Positions 55,410 to 64,000 of a DNA stretch of 64,000 nucleotides are shown here, piece after piece (position 1 is the first letter of the stretch; every line of letters starts with the position of its first letter). The notes beneath the pieces were generated by a model. The model searched no databases and was not told the origin of the DNA. It saw only the letters and a list, made by a program, of their open reading frames with translations. Position numbers and translations under genes: made by a program. The DNA comes from Sphaerodactylus townsendi (Eukaryota), in NCBI RefSeq assembly GCF_021028975.2, contig NC_059434.1, positions 88,908,001 through 88,972,000 on the forward strand, in the 5' to 3' direction.

Positions 55410-56160
55410 NNNNNNNNNNNNNNNNNNNNNNNNNNNNNNNNNNNNNNNNNNNNNNNNNNNNNNNNNNNNNNNNNNNNNNNNNNNNNNNNNNNNNNNNNNN
55501 NNNNNNNNNNNNNNNNNNNNNNNNNNNNNNNNNNNNNNNNNNNNNNNNNNNNNNNNNNNNNNNNNNNNNNNNNNNNNNNNNNNCCTGAAGAAGTTACCCC
55601 GGACTTACAGGGGTTAGAGTCATGAGCATGCATGCACANNNNNNNNNNNNNNNNNNNNNNNNNNNNNNNNNNNNNNNNNNNNNNNNNNNNNNNNNNNNNN
55701 NNNNNNNNNNNNNNNNNNNNNNNNNNNNNNNNNNNNNNNNNNNNNNNNNNNNNNNNNNNNNNNNNNNNNNNNNNNNNNNAACTAGCTTACTGTGGTAGAG
55801 GAACTGCAAAGTGTCGTCCTGGCTCACTTCAGACTCTCTCCCTTGAAAAAATCAGAGGGCAGAGTAAATTTTGGGGCCATGCTCAGGAGAATGGAACTGT
55901 CACGGCAAGGTTTGGGAAGACTGCTGGTCCTGAGAATAAAGGTTAAAGGACATGAAGGGCTTTGCATGTTTGGGTTTTCTGTATTTTTAAGTACTCTATT
56001 TTGTTTTATTTTGTTNNNNNNNNNNNNNNNNNNNNNNNNNNNNNNNNNNNNNNNNNNNNNNNNNNNNNNNNNNNNNNNNNNNNNNNNNNNNNNNNNNNNN
56101 NNNNNNNNNNNNNNNNNNNNNNNNNNNNNNNNNNNNNNNNNNNNNNNNNNNNNNNNNNNN
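55410..56160. other. Three assembly gaps (55410-55583, 55639-55779, 56016-56160)
   Basis: N runs. Confidence 0.99.
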
Positions 56161-59100
56161 ACTGGCTGTTAACAAGCACCATTTTAACAACCGGTTCTGC
56201 TGAAGTGGGTGCAAACCTGCTGAATCCCACCCCTGACCATGCCCCTCAATATTTCAGCCTTCTCAGCCAGCATTACAAGGATTCAGTTTCCGATTGTTCT
56301 CACATTTAGAACAAAACACTAGGCAGCCACTCAAAACCTCTGCTCAGTTACCAGGGGATTTGGACAGGGAGATATAGAGCTGAGAAGCTTTGGATTGTAC
56401 AGAAAAAGGACTTCCTTGTAGTACCAACAGAGAGCTTGGAATTATTCTCAAAACAGCACTATTTTTTACTGATGAGTTTTTGCGAGGAACAGCCAAAGAT
56501 GATGAGGCTGCACGTGTGGGTGTGACTAAAGGGACTCTTGTTTCAAACAGAAATGCAGCATTTCGGCTGAAAGTCCCCACGGATGAAACTGGGTCTGGTC
56601 TAAAACGGCAGAGTCTTTATGCCAATTGAAAGTCCTGTGATCATATAAAAGATTCCATATAAATCATTAGAATTGTTGTTGGTCTTAATCCTGGTGACAC
56701 AAGGAAACATCAATGCTGAGAAATGGACCATGCAATTACATCATAGAGTCAAAAAGTTGGAAGGAGCCTAAAGGCCGCCCGGTCCATGCAGAATGACCTC
56801 AGCATCCCTGCCAAATAATAATCCATTCCAACCTCCACTTAAACACCTCCAAGACGGGAGGACTCACTGCATCCCCAGGCAACGGATTCCACCCCTGAAC
56901 TGCCCTCGTTATTAAAAACCGTAATAGTCAAATGAATTTCTGAACAGCATAAATCAGAAAGCCAGAAAGACCATGTCAAGAGTCAGTGGTCTTCTTTTGC
57001 TCCAGAATGCCGCGGCTACAAGACCCAGAGAAGCCTCCTGAGGAACAGGCGGTCCCTGCCGCAGAACTGCCAGATAGTGAGAAATGGTGGTGCCAGAACA
57101 TGGTCAGTGAGGAGGAGTCTAAGACTGGTCAGAAAATGGGATCTTTTCAAAATGGAATCTGGATGAGCATGGATCAAGGGCAGCTTGCTAAACTGAACAC
57201 TCATGTTCCAGTGCAGTCTACCTCAGACCAGAAGCTGATGGCAAATGACAGGGGATGGCCACAACGGCCCCATTTATGAACCTTCAAGGAATCAAGTTGC
57301 CTTTTAGTGATGATAAAATCCTGAATTAGATTAAAGAGATCTAGTGAGATCATTTTTATGTTCTTAATGATGGCTTAAAATCAGGGGAACTACAGAGGGC
57401 AGGTCTTGAATTCTTTGATGCTGCTTCTGCCTCTGCAGTTCTACAAAAGAAAAGGAGGACTCACAAGTGGGGAAATGTTGCAAAATTGGCCTTCAGGAGA
57501 CACAGACCCCATTTCTGCAGGTAAAAGAGGATTAGTAACAGTGGCTTGATCACCTTCCAGGGGTGCCTCCCTCAGCCGCAAGAGGCAGCCCTTTTATCTC
57601 ACAAAGAAAGGGATGAGTCCAGGAAGTTCTAGCAGAATATGCCCATTTCTGAAATGGACAATTGGGATCCAGATGAGTAAAGGAATGAAGGTGTCTGATA
57701 CCAGGTCAGACTATCCTCCACCTACATTACAGCCCAACAAAGCCAGGTCAGCCTTCCAGGGGCCCTCTGAGTGACAGGAGGGGATAAAGGCAGAGAGGCA
57801 GCAAAGACATCCAGGCGACTTCAGGGCCAGAACAGCGACCTGGACCTTGATTGCAACCCAGGTTAGACTACTGAAATGCACTCTGCATGGGGCTGCCTTT
57901 GAAAACTGTCCAGAAACTTCAGCTGGTACAAAATAAGCCAGCCAGGCTGCTAGCAGTGGTGGGTGATGGGGACTACATCAGCCCCATGCTGCCCGTCCTG
58001 TCCTGGCTGCCCGCCCTTCTGTTTCCTCATACAGTTCACATTGCTGGTTCTTCCTTCTAAGGCAATAGCTTGGGGCTAGGATGCTTGAAGGACTCATACT
58101 GTTCAGCCTGCCAGTTTAAGATCCCCCTCACAAGCCTTGCTACCTATTCCCTGGCCTCCTTCAGTCGTGGCACCCCATCGACAGATTGCCCTTCACCCGG
58201 AGCATCCCCTGTTCTCCTCGAGACGTCAGGGCAAGGGCAGGCTGGCCATCTACTTCACGGCGGGTCACTGCCTTGCAGGGTGTGGCTGGCAAGCCTGGCA
58301 TGGCAGCTCCCACATTTGCCCTGTGTTATTCTAGTCACTATGGAGCTCAGACCTGGCTGCCCTCAACTTTTTCCTGAGTTGGTCAGGCACAGGAGTGATC
58401 ACATCTGGCTTTACCCTGTGCTGGCCCTGGCACAATGCCTCCAGAGAGCAGGGACATGGCAGTGCCCAGCCATACCCGACTGACCTGGGCATGGTGTGGC
58501 TGGCGAGGGGGAGCCATACTTCCGTGCTCCACCTTGTTAGCTACAGTGTGCATGGGCCAGAGAGAAGCATGAGCACAGAGGGTGGGTGCGGTGGAGAGAA
58601 GCAGGGCGGCCTCCCATAAGGGCAGGGAGCATGGTGCCCTGTAGGCCTCCCAGGCAAATCTTTCATTTTTAGCCAGGTTTTTCATTAAGGGGAAGGTCCT
58701 TTTGAATTATTTTAGATTATATTAGTAGTTGTACGCTGCCCAGATCCCTCCGGGGGTGGGCGGCATAAAAGTTGAAGAAATAAATAAGTAAAATAAATAA
58801 ATTGTTTCGCGGCCTGCGCCCAGTCTGAAAACTCTGCTATTCAGCTGCCGCCTTCTTTTTTGCTGTGTTTTATTTTTTAACTGTTTTATCATGTAATACT
58901 ATACAAGGTACTTCCTGAGGTCCTCTGGAGAGCCACCAAAGGGACGTCATGAATGAATGAATGGATACTGCAGCTCATCTCTGGCGGTTCTCTGCCTGAA
59001 GTTCGGAGGCCTCCAGCCCCCACTCTGCTTTCCTTACCTGTGTACCTGGTCGTGCTCCAAATCCACCCCACCTGTCACAGGAAAGGCAGGTGAGATACGA

Positions 59101-62100
59101 GAACGGAACGTCCTGGGAGACAAAAGAGAGGCCCTGGTGAGAGACGCAGGGCCAGGAAAGGCACCCCCTCTTCCTCGCTCACCCTCTCCCCCACCACGGC
59201 CCACAGGAGGGGTTTGGGGTGGGCCTCCCTCTGGAAGTGGCTGTGGGAGAATTCGGGTGGAGCAAGACCCCGCGGCTCCCCAGCCCCTCCCTCCCAGGCC
59301 TCCCCCCACCCCGAGAGGGGCTTGCCTAGGCAGCGCTGCACCAAGGGCCAGCGGCCCTGCGACTCGGCCGGCGTGGCACCAGCGGAGGGAGGGAGGGAGA
59401 GAGGGAGACCCCCCCCACACGCTAGCTTTGCCCTCCTGGCAGGCATGGAGGCTGGGGGTGTGTGTGCCTAGGGGTCTCTCACACCTTCTGCTGCTCCTCA
59501 GAGGAGCTGGGCCCAGTAGGCCCCAACCACCGGGCCGGCTGAAGGGCTGGGCCTGCTCCTCCTGCCGCCTGGAGCAGAAGGAGGCCCAGCGGAGGAGGGC
59601 GGAGGGGGCTGCCGAGGGCCTGCGGGTGGCCTCGGGGGCTTCACGTGCAGAGGGCGTGGCCGGGAGGCAGGCGGGAGCTGAGGCCTAGTGATGCCCCCCC
59701 CCGCCTTAGCCTGACCCACCTTGCCGGAGGAGGGAGAGTGAGGGCCAGCCCTGGAAGGCTGTGGGGCCTAGCCCGGTGGACAGGCCCCAGTGGGAGGCAG
59801 GGAGGGGAGCCGGCAGGCCTGCTGCACAGGGACAGGCCTCGGCCCTTGTTGCCCCCACGGACGACAGCTCAGCCCCTCTGCCTGGCGCTGCAGGGGACAC
59901 GCGGCCTTCGCCCCAGTGGGGCACAGCAAGGGCTGGCTGAGGCAAGGAGCAGGGCCCGGACTCCTGCCGGGAGGAGGGCGGCCATCAGGCGACACCCCTT
60001 CCCCAGGAGCAAGCTCCACTGAGTCCCCCCCTCTTCCCAGGCACCACCTCCACGTTTCCCTGGAGTTTCCTGACCCAGAGCCAGCTCCCCACACCTTCTG
60101 GGCCCTGCAGGACCCACCCCGTCCTCATGCAGGAGGGTGCAAGCCCTCCCGTGTCATGGCTTCCAGGTGGGGGAATGTTGTCCCTGACGGGTGGCACGAG
60201 TCAAGCAACCTACAAGAACAACATCAGGACGTTGCCCGCCTGGCACAGTTTCTCTGACGGCCTATAACCCATCACTCACACATCCCTCCATCCCTCGGTC
60301 TTGCAGGCCACCCATCCCCAAATGGGTTTGTTTCTTCCGAAAAAGATGCTAGATGCAGAATGACACCTGGCTTCCCCTTTCAGCTGTATATCAAACTCCA
60401 GGGGGCCGTGGCCACTCCCCCCTAAGGACCCCACTCCTTCCACCCCACTAACCAGGTCATCACAGTTGGTTAGGGTCAGATCTAAGACAGCTGATCCCCT
60501 TGTTGCTTTTCCACCTTCTGGACCAGGCAATTGTCTGCAAAGGAAGTGGGGAATTTGTTGGACTTTATAGTCTTGGCAGAGTTTGACTTCCAGCAAATAT
60601 CCGGATTACTGAAATCTCCCATTACTACTACAAGGTTTGCTCACCAAACCCCACTCCTTCCGCTCTCCAGAGAAAGCACCAGCTGCCGGCTGCCTCTAAT
60701 CCGCCTGTCTTTAATCAGTCTTTGATCTACATCCCCTTCCCTTCTAGACAACAAGGGCGCTGTTCAAAATGTCATCCGCTATCCCATGTGGCAACATCAG
60801 CCCTGCCTTGTCCTTTCCAGCTGTGGACACGTTTTGTGAATAAAAATTCATGCTGAGAAAGAAGTTGTACCAAGGCCAGCTCAGATGGAAAGGAGAAACA
60901 CCGTGAAAGCCATCGGCAGCCTCCATGCAAACTGGAAGTCCGATGAAACGGGGCTCTTCTGGCAACCGTCCTGGACACCACGGGGGTGGGGGGTGGGGAT
61001 CCAAATGTGCTTCACAGAGGAGCTCATTTCCCAGTCCTTTGGGTTGGTGGATCCTTGCCAGTCTGATTTCAGGTCCGGTTTTAGGACTGGAAAAGCCCAG
61101 CCCAGCCCTGCTGCAAGACCCGAATGGCAGCAGTGGACCCCGTTGGTTCTGGTGGACTTCTCAGCAGCTTCGGTGAGCCTCAAGTCATGGCACCCCTCTG
61201 GGAAACTGCCCACATTGGGACTGGGAGGCCCCACCATTCTGTGGTGCTTCCATCTGACATCTGAAGGTGGGTTTTAGACTATTGGCTGATGAATCAGCAA
61301 CAGCTTTTCCTGACCAGAACAGATCTGGCCACTCTGGTAACATCTAGATTACTACCATGCACTCTACATGGGGCTGCCATTGCACATCACTCCCATTTGG
61401 GTCCATCTACGCTGGCTCCCAGTGTGCTTTCAGGCCCAGTTCAATTGGCTGGTTTTGACCTTTCGAGCTCTATTTGGCTTGGTCTGCCCACTTCCTTCTG
61501 ATACTACCTGACCAGTCCCCCCCTGCCCCCGTCCTCTTCAAGTCCTTCAGGTGCCTGTACCGTCTCAGGCTAGACAGAAAGCAACCGTGGAAAGGGCCTT
61601 CTTGGGCATAGCTCCAGGAGTACGAGTCTCCCCCTCCACCTGTCCCTTTATCCCACTGTCTGCCACCAAAGGATGGAGATTTTTGGCATTTCCTCATAAC
61701 TCACTCTCCATTCATGTGTCGGAGTTCATGTGTTTTGTGTGTGTGTACACACCCACACCCACACACTGAAGCCTGTTTTAATGTTCATTGCCTGTGGAAC
61801 CTTACAGTGGGTGTGAAAAGTGTTTGAATGAATAATAATCCTGATCCCACCAATGGAAAGCCCCCCACTAACCCTCTGATGGGGGTGGCGAACACACAAG
61901 GCCTCTTGAAGTGACTTCATTGTACAGGGAGGGTAACGTTGGTCAGGTGAACAGGAGAGAGGCTGTGGTTCAGTGGCAAAGCCTCCGGTTGCACGGAGAA
62001 GATTTCAGGTTCGATCCCTGGCAAGAACCAAGTGGCAGATAATGTCAAAGGCCTCCACCTGAGACCTGGAGAGGTGCCCAGAAGATCAATGGACTGGTTC

Positions 62101-62389
62101 TGTGTAGGTGGATTCATGTATTCACACATTCACCACCAAAGCTACAACCAGTATTTAGAGCTGCATTCAAGAATGAATGGGAAAGCAATGCAGGTAGACC
62201 TGGATAGGTGGTGACAAGTCATCCCAGAAGGTAGACCTGGGCAGCAAACAGACAGGGTGAAGTGACAGAACTTCTGGAAACTTGCTAAAAGCAGACTCAC
62301 ACAAGGGCCTCATCTAGCACAGGAATGCCGCTAATTTCTCACTTGACCTTCAAAAATTGGCTTGAATTTTCTCCAGGGGGGCATAGGAG

Positions 62390-62390
<1 letters not shown>

Positions 62391-62455
<65 letters not shown>
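62391..62455 (+). repeat. (AAT)n microsatellite, target site of the adjacent LINE
   Basis: About 21 perfect units directly abutting the LINE ORF. Confidence 0.95.
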
Positions 62456-62457
<2 letters not shown>

Positions 62458-64000
62458 GACCAACTGCTCATAGATAAAATGATCCTTGAGAATTGCAAAA
62501 GAAGGAAAACCAACTTGCATGTAGCTTGGATTGATTACAGGAAAGCATTCGACTCACTGCCACACAGTTGGATACTTCATTGCCTGGAGATAATTGGAGT
62601 CAGTGAAAACATCAAGAAATTGGTCAAGAATGCAATGCACACTTGAAAAACAGAATTAATAATCAATGGAGCAGGAATAGGGAAAGTCAACATCCGAAGG
62701 GGAATATTCCAAGGAGACTCCTTGTCCCCACTACTCTTCATCATGGCTATGATTCCGCTCTCTATAATTCTGAAGAAAACAGGTCAAGGATATCAGACAG
62801 CAAGAAACTCACCAAAAATTTCACACCTTCTATACATGGATGACCTAAAGCTCTATAGAAAATCAAAAGCAGAGATTGAGTCACTACTGAACACAGTGAG
62901 AGTCTTTAGCACTGACATTGCAATGGATTTTGGACTTGACAAGTGTGCAACTTTGGAACTCAGTAAAGGTAAACTTGCAACATGCGAGGGTGTGAATATG
63001 CCAAATGCCATAGAAATAAAGAGCCCACCAGTGAATGAAAGCTACAAATACTTGGGAATACTGCAAGCAGAGAACATCAAGCATGCAGAAGTCAAAGGCG
63101 CAATTAGGAAGGAATATCTTAGAAGGGTAAGAAAAATTTTGAAATCAAAGTTAAATGGAGGGAATACAATAAAGGCAATTAATACTTGGGTGGTGCCTGT
63201 AGTACGCTACACTGCTGGCATAATTAACTGGACACAAGCCGAATTGGACATCCTGGACAGAAAAACAAGGAAAATTATGACCATCAATCGAGCACTGCAT
63301 CCAAGAAGTGATGTAGACAGACTCTACCTAGCAAGGTCAGAAGGAGGAAGAGGACTGCTCCACGTCAAGCAATCAGTAGAGGAAGAGAAAAGAGGCCTGA
63401 CAGAATACATCCAAGAAAGTCAAGAGCCAGCATTGAAAGAAGTCCACAAGGCTGAGATGCTGAAAGCCAAAGAATCAAAAGAGTATAGAGTCCAACAGTT
63501 TAAAACACGAAAGGAGCAGTGGCTAAACAAGCCACTCCATGGGCAGTACTTTAAGAACATTGAAGAGAAGGTTGACAGCAAGAAAACATGGGAGTGGCTC
63601 AGAAGGGGAACTCTAAAGAAGGAAACTGAAGGCCTGATTTTTGCTGCCCAGGAGCAAGCATTACGGACAAATGCAATAAAGACACGAATTGAAAAGTCCT
63701 ACAATGACCCAAAGTGCCGTCTCTGCAAAGAGGGTGATGAAACCGTGGAGCACATCATCTGCTGTTGTAAGAAAATAGCCCAAACTGACTATCTCAAACG
63801 TCACAATAGGCTAGCAGCAATGGTGCACTGGAACCTTTGCAAAAAGTACGGCCTGCCCTGTAGCAAGACCTGGTACGAGCACAAGCCAGAGAAGACCACA
63901 GAAAATGAAGAAGCAAAAATACTCTGGGACTTTAGAATACAGACAGACAGACACCTGGCACACAACACCCCAGACATAACAGTGGTAGAGAAAAAACATG
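62455..64000 (+). mobile_element. 5'-truncated R4/Dong-clade non-LTR retrotransposon (RT, CCHC zinc knuckle, start of RLE endonuclease), runs off the window
   Basis: WIDYRKAFDSLPH, RGIFQGDSLSPLLF, YMDD (62833-62844), RLYLARSEGGRGL, CRLC-x8-H-x4-C, RHN, PD (63970-63975); one in-frame TGA at 62644-62646, otherwise open to 64000. Confidence 0.93.

Noticed and set aside
62362-62646. Poly-Ile ORF
   Set aside because: Translation of the (AAT)n microsatellite running into the truncated LINE.
1-64000. CRISPR arrays, rRNA genes or prokaryotic systems
   Set aside because: None seen; this is a spliced vertebrate locus.

Overview
Vertebrate genomic DNA, GC-rich and intron-containing. The repeat content (Sauria SINE, squamate-type tRNA SINEs, CR1 with a (TTCTTATG)n tail, hAT MITEs, R4/Dong LINE) points to a squamate, probably a gecko (inference). 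The window holds the gene cluster that is syntenic with human 2p13.1: AUP1 (-, exons 1-4, continues off the left edge), HTRA2 (+, 8 exons, 384 aa), LOXL3 (-, 13 coding exons, 747 aa), DOK1 (+, 5 coding exons, 574 aa) and M1AP (-, coding exons 2-9 resolved, last exon uncertain). There are two head-to-head CpG-island promoters, AUP1/HTRA2 and LOXL3/DOK1. All exon boundaries were read by hand from splice sites and checked for phase; comparisons with human proteins and exon numbering are from memory. Most ORF-track entries are GC-driven noise. The main finding is a second, hidden copy of the LOXL3 exon encoding the N-terminal half of SRCR domain 4 (13840-~13640). Removing 16 inserted bases, with no substitutions, restores a mammalian-type SRCR4 half-domain, so LOXL3 probably has a mutually exclusive exon pair. 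Other observations: HTRA2 has a short presequence and no AVPS IAP-binding motif; a copy of the LOXL3 acceptor/Kozak/start cassette sits in intron 3; M1AP has a GC-AG intron; a CR1 head-to-tail dimer shares one flanking direct repeat; and a nearly intact R4/Dong LINE inserted in (TAA)n lies at the right edge. There are three N gaps between 55410 and 56160.
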